Below, one piece after another: positions 25,946 through 39,470 of a stretch of DNA of 64,000 bases (position 1 is the stretch's first letter; every line of letters starts with the position of its first letter). The DNA comes from Octopus sinensis (Eukaryota). The notes under the pieces were generated by a model, which saw only the letters and a program-made list of their open reading frames with translations, ran no database searches and was not told the origin of the DNA. The position numbers and the translations under genes are program-made. The DNA is taken from assembly GCF_006345805.1 (NCBI RefSeq), contig NC_043000.1:103354001-103418000 (forward strand). The letters run 5' to 3'.

Positions 25946-26463
25946 TATCATTAATTATTGATTTTTTTTTTCTTGGATAATTTTCGAAATGAAAAAGCCG
26001 GCATATTTATTTACTGCCGACAGATTTGGCGCGGTAGATGTATAAGCAGGGGACATATACTGGATTGCCTCGTGTATATATATTTAATCTAAGGTGTACA
26101 TGCTGAAGAACGCTTCGCCTAGCAAATTATTTTATTTCCTAAAAAGAGTCTGAAACCATTGGTCCAGGAGTTTTTATTTTTCATTCTCTTCGAAATGTTA
26201 TCACTAATAGTTGTTTGAAATTTAACTATCCTCTCTAGCGTGCAGGTAGTCCTGTGATGGATACCTCTTATGTGCTTAAATGTATACTGTATTTACATGA
26301 ATAATATAGTCTATTGGCTAAATTTTTACACGCTAGGCCACTGGTAATGGAAATTTCTAATATTTCACTTCTTTTTCTTCTTCTTCTTTGTTTCATCGTC
26401 ATTGTATTATTATTATTATTATTGTTGTTGTTGTTGTTTTTGTTGTTTTTGTTGTTGTTATAA

Positions 26464-26832
26464 TTATTTCCCCTGTCTTAGCGAAGGCGCAGGTATTGAT
26501 TTCAGTCGCGTTTCTTTGTTTCTCCGTAGACAAGATATCTCAAGAACCGCTGGATGGATTCGAATGAAACTTTCAGAGTTCTTTGGCCTTGTGACTGGCA
26601 CCAACTGATTAGATTTTGGGATCAATCCGGTACCGGAAAAGGATTCTGGATTATGTTTCCTGTTTTCTTTATTGAATTTTTGAGAGCGATCGGGTTCATT
26701 TTCAGAATTTTCGTTCGTGAGAGCAGTCGAGTTTATTTCAGATACTCTCATTTTAAAAATCATCTCTGATTAACTGTTGAGAGGACGTTGGTGTTGCCTT
26801 GACGGAGGTTTGCCTCTCTAAGCGCTCTTGTT
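26464..26832 (+). mobile_element. Helentron-associated (HINE/DINE-1-like) non-autonomous element
   Basis: TT-flanked, with caagatatctcaagaaccgctggatggatt, the internal gatcaatccgg...ggattctggat motif and the 3' ccttgacggaggtttgc...gcgctc end typical of this class. Confidence 0.55.
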
Positions 26833-26839
26833 ATTGTTG

Positions 26840-26932
<93 letters not shown>

Positions 26933-26958
26933 TTGTTGTTGTTGTTGTTGTTAATGCA

Positions 26959-27151
26959 GTGAGCTGTCAGACTCGTTAGCACGCTGGGCGAAATGCTTAG
27001 CAGTATTTCGTCTGTCATCACATTCTGAATTTAAATGCTGCTGGGTCGACTTTGCCTTTCATCCTTTGTGGCTCGATAAATAAATAACAGTTGAGTTCTG
27101 GGGTCGATGTAATTCCCCAAAATTTCAGGCTTTGTGCCAATGGTAGAAAGG

Positions 27152-27250
<99 letters not shown>
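26959..27250 (+). mobile_element. SINE family B with (ATT)n tail
   Basis: gagctgtcagactcgttagc...ggtcgactttgcctttcatcc...gtagaaaggattattatt. Confidence 0.85.
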
Positions 27251-28259
27251 TGTTTTAAATCTAAGTGTTGCTCACTGGAAAATGAAAGTATGTGTAACAT
27301 CTTTCTATCACTTCAGATCTGAAGCCTTCTGCCATCTTGTACTTTTTCTTACACATTAGCAAGTCTCAAGAAGTTTATACTTACTGTTGATATGTTTCTC
27401 TTGTTGTTGTTTATGATAGAAGTGAGTTTTCAATACACATATGCACACATACGTACTTACATATATTTACACACACACATACAATTTATGTGTGTGTGTA
27501 TGTATATATGTAAGTATGTATATATATATATAATATATATATATATTATATATATATATAATATATATATATATATATGAAAATTATGCCTAGTTTGCTA
27601 ATATTGGCATTGCACCTGTTCTCATTCCTCATATTATTAATAGGTTTAACCTAAATTCTTAACACTATCTTGTTTTCTTTCAAATTCCTTTAATTCTTTG
27701 TTGAGTACTATAATATCATGTCTTTTATTTGGATATCAAAATTCTACAAAGCCTTTTCGATCTTATTCTGCTTACACTTCGCAAACTTTGAAATCTACAT
27801 TTTCTTCAGATTCCTTAAAATATTTCGTGTGTTTGCAAAATTTAATTCCTCAAATTACAGAGTTTTTAAGCTTCTGGAATTGTTGTCTGTGGCGCCAGAA
27901 AAATATTGGAAAAGTGAAAATTGTTTTAGAATAATTTGCACGAAACTTTCCAACAGTTGCCGAGATGAGAACTCTTGGACTGTGACTCTTACAGATTCTA
28001 AACAAGCATCGGTTATAATTCTTCTTTGGCAACTAGTAAGTAGTCAGCATCTTCTTGTAAATTCGACGAGGAATTTCTCTTTATTTTGTTTATGTCCATG
28101 CGAAGAAAACTCCAAACCAGGATCAGCTACTGCAGCTTAATGACTCCAATACTAGAGGGCTGCCGTTCATAACTTCCGGCCAAGGTGCCTGATACGGTAT
28201 GAGAATGACAGCATCAATGACAAACGACTACTTCAGTCTTGCACACTCCATGGACTGTG

Positions 28260-28347
28260 TGTCAGCAACACTTAATACCAAAATGAAGACCTTGTAATAC
28301 ACGGTATCTAACAAACCATTCTGCTCCAAAAACTGCACTAAATAGAC
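28260..28347 (-). CDS. Candidate coding segment VYLVQFLEQNGLLDTVYYKVFILVLSVAD, unknown product
   Basis: ttttctccag acceptor. The paralogous copy at 28786-28871 differs mostly at third codon positions. Confidence 0.35.
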
Positions 28348-28785
28348 CTGGAGAAAATACCGCCAGGATAAAATCTTCATAATCATCACCATTGTCATCA
28401 TCATTAGCGCCTGCTTTATCGGTCAAGGCGGCACCTGGCCGAAAGATAATTCGTGACAAGCCATGCTCTTAACTCTTCCATGACTGGAGAAAGACCAAGA
28501 GGCCAACTCATCGTCATTAATCTCTAAGTGCAGAGAGAAAAATTTATTGTTATATTTCGAGATGGTCATTTTTATTCTAGTCAAATATACACACGCACTT
28601 TAAAGTTGTTTGACAATTAATAAAAATGTGGATTCAGTCTCGAATCCTAGCTTCAGTTATTCTGTAGCTGGAAAAATTCTCAATGGAAAACGAAAAATAA
28701 CCGAAAAATATAACCGAGGGTGTTTCGTCCGCTTTCGCATTTTAACTAAGGGGGTTTTGACCGAGGCGGGGTTTTGTCTGGATCC

Positions 28786-28871
28786 TGTCACCAACACTTA
28801 ATACAAAAAGCAAGATCTGTAGTACACGGTGTCTGAGAGACATTTTTCTCCAAACACTGTACCAAATAGAC
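28786..28871 (-). pseudogene. Frameshifted paralogue of the 28260-28347 segment
   Basis: Restoring two single-base deletions gives VYLVQCLEKN(G)LSDTVYY(K)ILLFVLSVGD. Confidence 0.35.
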
Positions 28872-29944
28872 CTGATACAAGACGTTTCAACTTGAGAAGT
28901 GAGCTTTCAAGTCGATTCTTATAATGTGCCTACTGCAACATGGCTCATTCTTTTTTTTAATTTTTGCATCAACCAAAGAATATACACACTATATAGAACT
29001 ACCTGACATGTAATGCTTTGATGTCACCGTGATACAAACACAAACAAATCAGCAGAGTCCATCAGGTTATTGGTGGATGCCCTTTCTGCAGACCAACCAG
29101 ATTCACAGATGAAATGGGATTCATCTGTGTATTTCCAACAGCGCCACTTTGTAACCACAGGCTACGCACCTTCTTCAAAGGAGTAGGTTTTGTAGAAAAT
29201 TCACACACGCGCGCGCATTGAGGGTGCTGGAACTTTTCCATTTTGAGAATCACTGCTATAGACCATCTGTTTAATTGAGTTTGTTAATTAATATTGAGTT
29301 TGTTAATTAACTTTACAGTAAATACACAGAAAAATAATCTCAATTTAATATTTTTTAATTAGTGTAAAAGATTAGCTTTCTGATATATATGTGCATATAT
29401 CCTTCTTTATTTTGTATTGAAAGATTTAATACATGGAAAAGAAATAAAAGCTTTTCAAACATATTTTTACAGCGTATTCATTTCACTGGGAGTAGTTTAT
29501 TGCACCATATAACGTTTACGCTAACAGTGAGCGGAGAATGACAATGAAACAGCCATTTGTTTTAAGTGTCATTTTAAACTACTAAAGTAGTCCGGTGATT
29601 TCTTTAACATTGGGGGAAAGAAAATCACAGTAATTTTCCTTATTTATCAATGTAAAATCGTACCCAAAAGACATAACAAAAACATTAGAGATGTTTCAAA
29701 CATGGATTTTAATGCTCAGGATTTAAATTAAAAAAAGTTTTAAACACAAGGAAGAAAAACTACGCTGTTTCATTCGTGTTCTCAGCTTAACAATATAGAA
29801 ATTTTCTTTATTTTTTTTCATATTTCACGCTGATATCGAAGCTGGGTTTGCCCGCTGTTATCCCAGAGGACTTTCATAAGAACTGTCAAATTCAAGGAAG
29901 TTAACTTCACGCATCCATTATCATCATCATCATCATCATCATCA

Positions 29945-29995
<51 letters not shown>

Positions 29996-31164
29996 TATCA
30001 TTATTATTACTATTATTATTATTAAACCCATAAATAGAAAAGTAAGCGTATATCAGTAAATTCCCCTGTGATGTAACGCGTGTTGTGTAAGAACATCTCT
30101 GATACTTATCCTTAAGAATTACCATTCTAAAAGCTGAGAGAGGTGTAACGCAATATTATCTTTTCGACAGGGATTATGGTTAAGAAAGCATGAAAAGGGA
30201 GCATAGAGGTAAGAGTATGTCAATGATAAACGATAACTTGAACAAAACAGGAAAATATCTCAAGTTTGTTTCTTTTGGAGTAAATAAACAGGAGTGGGGG
30301 TTTAAAAAAACTGTTGGCTAGGTGAACTCATATTCATATATAAAGAGATAGATAGAGAGATACATACAAATGCGCGCACGTGTATGTGTGTGCTTGTGAT
30401 ATGCATGTATATGTCTGTGTCTCTGTATGTGTGCAACAAAACCTCCAGAAGTTAGAAACCCTTAATTAAGTGATTGCCATACCCATAATTAGACTTCAAA
30501 TGAAGGAGAATCATGTGTAACATTAAATATATGTTATAATACAAACGACAAAATCACCATAAACCAAGAAACAAAGGACCTTTCTAACAAGTTCAACAAT
30601 ACAAAAATGAAGGAAAACACGATATAATAGATTCACAATCAGCACAAATATGTTTCCATCATCCGCTGCTTAACAGTTATCATCGTGGTTTCGACGCCTT
30701 GACAGTACCATTTAATCCAGTGGTGTCAACAGCGTTAAAACATAAACGCTGCATAGTAATTAATAGACAACCCTTTGTTATTCAAACACACACCACTGTT
30801 TTTCTATGTTATTTCTCTTAGCTCATTTACGTTTAATTTATGTAAATCATTTTGGTCATAATCTTGATAACGTGTAAGAACATTTAAAGAGTAAACATAC
30901 CACCTGTAACCTTCAACATTTTGAAAAATTTCGATGGAACTTGTATAATCGATATGAATACCCGAAGTTACAATTTCCAATCTTCATCCAAGTTCTTCGC
31001 TTATTAAGTTCTTTTTCGAACAAGTACAACTTTGCATATATACTTGTATACAAATATTTACAAACATAATTTCACGAATACAGAATCATAATTAAATATC
31101 GTATTCTTATCCATTATCTAACGTTTAATCTATATATCTGCTACAAATAAACTCTAGAATAATT

Positions 31165-31332
31165 TTATTTCTTTATTGCCCGCAAGAGGCTAAACATAGA
31201 GGGGACAAACAAGGACAGACAAAGGGGTTAAGTCGATTACATCGACCCCAGTGCGTAACTGGTAATTAATTTATCGACCCCGAAAGGATGAAAGGCAAAG
31301 TCGACTTCAGCGGAATTTGAACTAGGAACGTA
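31165..31332 (-). mobile_element. SINE family B (tail variant 2), 5'-clipped
   Basis: tttctttattgccc...ggggacaaacaaggacagacaaa...cggaatttgaact. Confidence 0.85.
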
Positions 31333-32615
31333 AACTCTAGAATAATTGTGATGCAACTAAGTTTGCTACTAAGATTGGCGTGAATTCCACTGAAATGCCT
31401 ATAAACGGAGTGGATATGAACACTTGGGCCTGTAAATTGTAACCTTAAAAATTATCGTCCATTCAGTTTAAATGCGAGGATCAACCAGCAGATAAGCATG
31501 TAATAACCTCCCCTTCGCCTAGTTTCGGACTATTACTAGAAAATACACGGCGTTTCTCTCTTTTCTCCTTTTCTTTCTTTCTTTTCCATCTATTCAGAAG
31601 ATTTTCAATCACCTATGTATTCAAATCACCTCATCCGCAGGTGAAATTCAAACAAATACGAGGTGCCAGGTGTCATAACCATAAGTAACTTCTCCCTGTC
31701 ATTAAGTACTGTTTCGACGACCTTGTCTGTACTTCCCTTATGATGTATATACATATACACACACACGAACACAAACACACATCCAGCAGGATTCTGCGCA
31801 CATTACACACACACAAATTCCATATACCAGAAAGTAAGGTAAAAGACACCTGTCCAATTTTCTGCCTTTAAGAAGAAAAAGTAAAATTTTACCGATTTTT
31901 GTCAAAAAGTTGTTAAATTAAGCATTTTAACTGAAAAGGGTTTTTTATATTTTAAAGTTAACCTACATTTGTAAAAGAAAATATGTATAACAAACGAAGT
32001 AGAATTCGACACGGAGCTACCTAATAGTGAAACGAACTTCTTAACCTATCGACCATGTCTTCACAAACGTGTTTGTACATGCAACAAATTTTCATTATTA
32101 ACGAACATTCACTTCTTATTTCCTCTGTCATGTGTCACGTTGTCACATGCATTGAATTTTAACACACACGAGACACTTAGGAGCCTTCATGCAGTCGCTC
32201 AATCTGAAGAAATTTCAGACTAATTCCGAGGCTTACACTTACAAAAAACACACCCTGTTTTTAAAAAAGAAAGAGAGAGAGAAAGAAGCGAACATTGAAC
32301 GATGCAGCCCCAGATATACAAAAATATACCGTTTTTATCACTTGGTCAGAGGCGAAAATATAGAACACGTGATCCTTTAACAGGGCGTCCGCGGCTGGTA
32401 TGAGTTATTTTCTGATCGTAAACCTAGCTTAAATGCTTGCAACAGAGTGAACTTTGTTAAATGTACCAAAGGACAAGATGGTCGAACGACTTTAATCTTA
32501 CGTATGATATATCAGAGCTAAATTTGGAGTAGGCAACCACAACATATAACACCACCCAAACGACCACGTGTTTGCCATTTCATACAGATTGTCGATCTTT
32601 TACATTTCGATTTAC

Positions 32616-32691
32616 CTTTCAACAATGAAAATCGTTTACGCTGTTGTCCTTTTATTGTTGTAGTTTTGTTGAGGTCTTCTTTGGCGCCAAG
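32616..32691 (-). CDS. Candidate internal exon (LGAKEDLNKTTTIKGQQRKRFSLLK)
   Basis: ctctttcaacgtag acceptor, AAG/gtaaat donor and an open frame. It overlaps a competing + strand candidate (32588-32721). Confidence 0.15.
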
Positions 32692-33123
32692 CTACGTTGA
32701 AAGAGATATTCAATGGTTACAGTTAGTATTTGTGTCTAATCAGTGAATTAAACTGTAGACATTTCATTTTATTTGAAATTCTATGCGCAGACTTGAAGTC
32801 TTGTATATATTATTTCTTTTTTAAAAAAATAATTGAGAATTTAGATTATTATCTTATGTAACTTGCCTTATGTCATGATTTCTCTTTCTTTTTCAACGAC
32901 GCGTCGTAAAAATTGTAAAAATGCATTATTTATTTTGTTGTATAATGAAATCTTCATTGTATATAATAGAACTAAAATATAAATATATTTGAAGTCGAAA
33001 AGCCAGAGACCTACAACTGTTCATGTTTGTTTAGCTTATTTTAATCTTATTAGCAAATTGAACGAAAGTAGGGATAGAAAGTGAAAGAGTGAGAGATTGA
33101 CAAAGAAGGATTGAGAAACAGAG

Positions 33124-33164
<41 letters not shown>

Positions 33165-33259
33165 CAGACAGAGAGAGAGAAAGAGTGGATAGAAAAGAGA
33201 GTGAAAATAACTAAAATAGTGGGAGACAAAATAATCCTGAGAAACATACATACACATAA

Positions 33260-33417
<158 letters not shown>

Positions 33418-33864
33418 ATGAAAAAGAGAGTTTCTCTGGTGTAGGTAAAAGAGGGTTAAACAAGCAAACAATTAAACAACTGAAAATAAGCACATTAAAT
33501 TATCTTTGCAAGTGTTTTGTTTTATTTTGTTTTTCCCACGTATATTGTGTTCACTGGAAATGAATGTTTATCAAATCCATGTTTGTTGCAATTTAAACAA
33601 ATAAATAAAAGAAAAGGCGAAAAAAACAATACGAATGAAACAAGGAAACAGGAAAAAAAAAGTTTGTTGATTTCAACTAAAGTTGAAGAGAATGTGAGAG
33701 GATGGAGGGAGAGCGAAAGAAGCAACGAACACATTTTCAATTCTCTAGGAATTAAATGCTCATAAATACTCTGTAAGAAAAGATTATGTAAATATAGAAA
33801 GAATAATTAAAATGGTATTATATAATTGTATGATGTGTATGTGCGTGTGTGTTAAGATACTTAC

Positions 33865-34005
33865 TGTAATATTTGGATGTTGAGTTCGCGATCGTTAGGC
33901 CCCAGGTTTGATCCTTGGATCGGGCGGTGTGTTGCGGTGTCATTCAGCAAGATACTTAATTTCACTTTGCTTCAGTCCACTCGGCTGAGAATAAGTACCA
34001 CCGAC
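33865..34005 (+). mobile_element. Diverged tRNA-derived SINE head (family D)
   Basis: caggtttgatcc B-box-like motif, then cagcaagatacttaatttcactttgcttcagtccactcggctg. Confidence 0.45.
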
Positions 34006-34120
34006 AGCTTGTGGAAAGGGCTTAGTCTTGTCACAGCCTGACGACCAGTTCATACGTTCATACAATCTCTAACAAAAAAGGTTTGTAAGCTCAAGACATA
34101 CTTTAACTTAAGCTTGTGTG

Positions 34121-34166
<46 letters not shown>

Positions 34167-34184
34167 GTAAATATATCTTTCACC

Positions 34185-34707
34185 TTTTATTTGTTTCAGT
34201 CACTAGACTTTGGCCATGCTGGGGCACGGTACTGAAGAATTTTTAGTCGAATGAATCGACCCAGTACATATTCTTTTTAAAGCCTGATACTTATTCTATT
34301 GGTCTCATTGTCGAACTGCTAAGTTAAGGGGACGTAAACACACCAACACTGGTTGTCAAGCAGTAGTGGAGGACATACACAGATTCAAACACAGACACAC
34401 ACACACGCACACACATACACACACACACACACACACGTATATATATAGCCGAAATTGCTAGGATGATCCGGTTCTTGACTGAAGATTGAAGGCTTCGAAT
34501 GTCCCATCCGTGTTTTTTGTATCGTCTTCTAAATGTTTTACGTTCTTGTCCCAGTTTGTATTTTTCTACATATAATATATATATAGCGGCATACCCTCTT
34601 TGGCCTTATGTAAGTACATATTCCTTTAAATTTGGTACGACTCTATAACACTGTCTCTCTCTCCTACATTTCTCTGCCTTTCACACTTTGCACTCTACTT
34701 TGATCTG

Positions 34708-34744
<37 letters not shown>

Positions 34745-35610
34745 ACTTCTCCTCCTTTTCTCTTTTCTTGTCTCTGATTCTTTGGTCTACTCTTCCCCCA
34801 CTCTCTCACATTTCTCTGTCTTTCTCACTTTGCACTCATTGATTCTGTCGCCAAGCCAATCCTTGGCACGCTCTCTTTCTTCTCCCCTCTTTAATTCCTT
34901 CGTTCTCTCTCTTCTCCCCCCCCCTTTGTTGCCTTCGTCCCTCTTTTTCTCTCTCTCTTTGATTCTTTTGCCCCCTTTTTTTTTCTCTCTCTTCTCCTCT
35001 CACGTGACCGCTGGTCAACCAGATTTTTGGCTTCTAACCAGCGCCATGAGAAGATCGTTGTCTTCGTCTGCCGAAAAAGGCATTTTTTTCCAAATACGCC
35101 AGCTAAACTAAGTTGTACTGTCTATTAGTCGTAAGACACCCGCTGTTTTTGTCCTGTTTTTACTATTATTGTTTTTTGCATTTTATATTCGTGTGGCATC
35201 GTCCGTTTTTCTGTTCCTGTTTCATATACATTCGATCCTTTTTCCAAGAAATCTAATGCTCGTAGCTTAGTTTTTCCTTGGGCTGGACGGATCGGAGCGA
35301 TCTCAAGATAAATCAGCCGAAATTGCTAGAATGATCCGGTTCTTGACTGAAGATTGAAGGCTTCGAATGTCCCGTCCGTGTTTTTTGTATCGTCTTCTAA
35401 ATGTTTTACGTTCTTGTCCCAGTTTGTATTTTTCTACATATAATATATATATATACATACGACGGGCTTCTTTCAATTTCTGTCTAGCAAACCCACTCAC
35501 AAGGCTTTGGTCGGTCCGAGGCCATAATGGAAGACGCTTACTCAAGGGGCAATGCAGTGGGACTGAACCCGGAACCATGTGCTTGAGAAGCAAACATCTT
35601 ACCACACAAT
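34185..35610 (-). mobile_element. SINE family A split by an insertion of about 1 kb (tail 34185-34445, head 35457-35610)
   Basis: Both halves are in the same orientation and collinear. The insert sits in the internal microsatellite. Confidence 0.75.
34447..35453. mobile_element. Non-coding element with direct terminal repeats of about 139 bp (Penelope pLTR-like)
   Basis: 34447-34585 and 35315-35453 differ at only 2 positions by eye. The same terminal unit recurs at 5777-5905 and 52507-52637. Confidence 0.7.
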
Positions 35611-36145
35611 CAAGCCTACCAGTTCTGGCAACTATCTCTGCATGTAACTTACAATATTCGTTATGCTACCGCTTTGGAATGTAATTCAAGGCAATATTAT
35701 CAGTAAACAATGCAAATCTTGTTTCGATCTCGCATTAAAACGGGATCATACTGTACTTAAAATGTTAAGGGAATTACTCTCGAGAGATGAAATAAGGAAT
35801 TAGAATAACAAGCTTTGGAAACGATGGATACAGGGGAAGAAAACTGATACAAAGTTTGACACAAGGGACAGAAATAGTGAAAGAATAAAGGGAAGATAAG
35901 AGGGGGATATCATACTGTTATCACGTGTTCGAAGATTTATACGTAGTTCATGAAATAGAGTCGGTAATAGCGATGAAATTATCTAACCACAAGTATGAAC
36001 AAACTATGTTAAGATGTGTGTTCGTGTGTGTAATAAACATATCCAAACCCCACCTTATTAAGTCCTGTACAAGATAATGTCTGAAATATATTCTCCATGT
36101 TTTACATCTCTCACATTACAATGGGTGTGTGTATGTGTGTGTGTG

Positions 36146-36232
<87 letters not shown>

Positions 36233-36233
36233 A

Positions 36234-36457
36234 AGGGCGGCCAGCTGGCAGAAACGTTAGCACGCCGGGCGAAATTCTTAGCGGTATTTCGTCTGCCGCT
36301 ACGTTCTGAGTTCAAATTCCGCCGAGGTCGACTTTCATCCTTTCGGGGTCGATTAAATAAATACCAGTTACGCAGTGAGGTCGATATAATCGACTTAATC
36401 CGTTTGTCTGTCCTTGTTTGTCCTCTCTGTGTTTAGCCCCTTGTGGGTAGTAAAGGA

Positions 36458-36459
<2 letters not shown>
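36234..36459 (+). mobile_element. SINE family B (tail variant 2), full length, embedded in (GATA)n
   Basis: Complete head to ...gtagtaaaggaata, with (GATA)n on both sides. Confidence 0.9.
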
Positions 36460-36520
<61 letters not shown>

Positions 36521-37129
36521 CACGGACGGACAGATAGACAAACAGACTGGTAGGTAGGTAGGTAGGTAGGTAGATAGATAGACAGACAGACAGACATACA
36601 GACAGATATAGGAATGGCCCTTATAAGTTAAAGGGAATATTACGGCTCCATCAGAGATAGGTTGCAAAACATTTTCCTAGCCACATAAAGAAAATAGTAA
36701 CTTATAACTACATGTTTCTTATACAGCTGACGCTCACTTTCATGTTCTTGCTGAACAGCTGATAGAATATTTCTCTGCCCAGGAAGTGTTTGCTGGTGGG
36801 CAACGGAAAGTTCTTTACAACACAAATTTTAACCTTGATGCATGATAATTTGTAATTTATAACATTTCTCTTCTTTGTTTGACTGCAACTGTCGCTGTTT
36901 TTTTCTGCAATAAGTATTTAGATTAATATCTACTTTTTTGTTTTCCAAATATGACTGTTGAAAATATTTTTATGCGTAAACGAAGAGAAAATATTTCCTC
37001 TCTACAGGTACAGATAGTGTTTAGAATTGTTCAGTTGTTTGTAAATAGTACTTGACGCCATATCCATTTTATAACTTTCTTTTTTTAGCCACAGTCTATT
37101 TTAGAGTAATGTTGCTTTCTCTTGTCTTT

Positions 37130-38520
37130 AAGATAGAAAATGGAAAAATATATTTCAGCACTCCTTGAAAAATATCGCAAAGCATATAAATGGTTCTTTA
37201 TTATATGAGTCATATATAGAAAATTGAAATGATATTAAGGAGATTGATAAGGATGGCACTCTTCTTCAACAGCCGCAAAAATATTTCCTCCAAACAACAG
37301 TTTAAAAAATTAGAAACAGACTTCATCAAATTTATAAAACAAGATGTAAATATACTAATAATTTCTAAAACGCATTAAATATGCATTTATTTCCTTTTAA
37401 AAGCAAAAACTTTATGTATGTGCTGATATAGCTAAAAGTTTAAATGGATCAGACATAATTATACACAGAATATATTTTAAAATAGACATAAAACATAAAG
37501 CGATAAACCTAAGAAATATATTTAAATATAGAATATTGGGTAGAACGCCTCACTCCACGGAAACCTTACCAAACATGAAAGGCAAACTTTATATTCAGTC
37601 TCTAAAATATGTGACTAAATAATCCAATTAAACACAAGCTAATAATTATCTTTATATATCTTTAATAATTAATAAATACAGGTCTGACTACTTAAACTCT
37701 AAAATGAGATAAGAAAAAAAAACTAGCACAGTGGAACCGAAGTTCTACCGCAGTAAAGTAGTTTGAGGATTCTAGAAGCACCTAACTACATTCAATTCTA
37801 AATATATTCTCCTGGAGACATTAGAAATCGGAAAAACTTAACAGACACGGGTATTAATATAATAATATAAAATTCAGTCAAGGTCGATTTTGCCTTCCTT
37901 CTTTCTTTCCTTCCTTCCTTCCTTTCGGAGCCAATGAAATAAGTATCAGTCAGGTTGTGGGGATGATGTATTCGACTGCCCTCTCTCCCCAAAATTGCTG
38001 ATTTATGTGCAAAAATTTGAAAGAAAGGATATTAATATGATATTAATATAATAATAAACGCAAGAAAGTCGTTGCGATTTTATAATAATTCCGTCTCTGT
38101 CAAGATCCATGAAAATGAAATTATCAACGAATCTATAGTTAGCTACGAGGATGCGTAATACACACAATAAAGAAAAATACACTTCGTCGATGTAACTATA
38201 TAGAGATGACGGTCTAGCTATGATATATGAAGAAGCAAGACACAGACAAGATTTGAAACAGAATACGATCGAAACACGAGCAAACATTTCCGCAACCGAA
38301 AACCAAAACCAGTAGCAGGTGAGTATCAAATCTATCAACACGATAATGAAATTTTTAACAAGGTGCCCCAACACATCTACAAATCCTTAGCAAAAAGGGA
38401 TTTCAATCACAATCTGAAATACATAGAAAAACTGCCCATACTTCAAAACACTAAACTCAGAAATTGGGAGATAATGCCGTATAATTCCCATGTCGCTCAA
38501 TCATATCCACAGACGAAACG
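37130..38520 (+). mobile_element. Penelope-like element ORF remnant (N-terminal region plus RT), interrupted by a SINE at about 37865-38035
   Basis: FQHSLKNI, LRRLIRMALFF, LAQWNRSSTAVK*F, NARKSLRFYNNSVSVK and LYRDDGLA match characteristic Penelope RT blocks. Confidence 0.75.
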
Positions 38521-38689
38521 AGGAATTATCTCACAATGATTTAATATACCCTTCTCCACAACAAAATATTTAATGCCTATATTCAATAGGAATTCTATAA
38601 ATAAAACAATTGCAATTAATGTGCTCGCGCGTGTGGTTGTGTATATAGATGTCACTTGTGTGAGCTTAGTTTTATACATATTCATTTTG

Positions 38690-38739
<50 letters not shown>

Positions 38740-38740
<1 letters not shown>

Positions 38741-38935
38741 ATACTTTTACTTGTTTCAGCCATTTAACTGCGGCCATGCTGGAGCACCACCTTTAATCAA
38801 ATAAATCGACCCCAGGACTTATTCTTTGTAAGTCTAGTACTCATTCTGTCGGTCTCTTGAGCTGAACCGTTAAGTTACGGGGATATAAACACACCAACAT
38901 CGGTTTCCAAGCGATGGTGAGGGTACAAACACAGA
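38740..38935 (-). mobile_element. SINE family A, 3' half
   Basis: cttgtttcagccatttaactgcggccatgctggagcacc... Confidence 0.8.
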
Positions 38936-39097
38936 CACACAGACACACACACACATACATGCACACATACATCATTAGAACAGCTTATCACCGGATTAAA
39001 GTCAGAATGAACGTGATGATGATGATGATGATGATGATGAGAAGTCATTAGCTATGCATATTTCATCATTTCTGGCTGCACCCTCCTATCCCTCAGG

Positions 39098-39142
<45 letters not shown>

Positions 39143-39229
39143 TCCACATATGTATACATATATGTATATGTGTGTATATACATGTACATAGATAAATCTA
39201 GTTAGGTAATATATGTCGACATTCTGACA

Positions 39230-39470
39230 TTGACAACTGAGAAGTTGCCCCAAGTTTTGACAATGATGTATCCACGATAATCTGGGGCATAGCTGTCAAA
39301 ACTAACAAGATGGAAGGAAATCGCTCCGATAACGAAACCAAAGATTTTAATGTAAAATTTTCGTACTCTGATAGACATTGCAAAAATATCATGGAAACGG
39401 TTAGCGTTTCTGAAGTGCAAGGACCTTGAACTAGAAATAATTAGAATACGGAAAACAATACCAAAACTAT
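39230..39470 (+). mobile_element. Highly degenerate RLE-domain fragment of a non-LTR retrotransposon
   Basis: Segments TIIWGIAVKTNKMEGNRSD and TLIDIA...KCKDLELEIIRI resemble the NRPD...LID...KYKDLEIEI motif of RLE elements. Confidence 0.45.

Noticed and set aside
30171-30208. 38-nt + strand segment with strong acceptor and donor
   Set aside because: It has stops in all three frames. It could only be a non-coding exon, and there is no independent support.
32588-32721. + strand exon or signal-peptide-like MKIVYAVVLLLL at 32625
   Set aside because: The ATG frame stops at 32661-32663. The alternative open frame has no recognisable product and conflicts with a minus-strand candidate.
33559-33585. 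NECLSNPCL, resembling the start of an EGF domain
   Set aside because: The following residues (LQFKQ...) lack the remaining cysteines, and no suitable splice sites flank it.
34447-34585. Hammerhead ribozyme in the pLTR-like repeat (CTGAAGA and GAAA present), and other CTGATGA sites at about 18817, 60284 and 63927
   Set aside because: I could not build helix II with the required closing pair next to GAAA at any site. An Infernal or RNAmotif search would be decisive.
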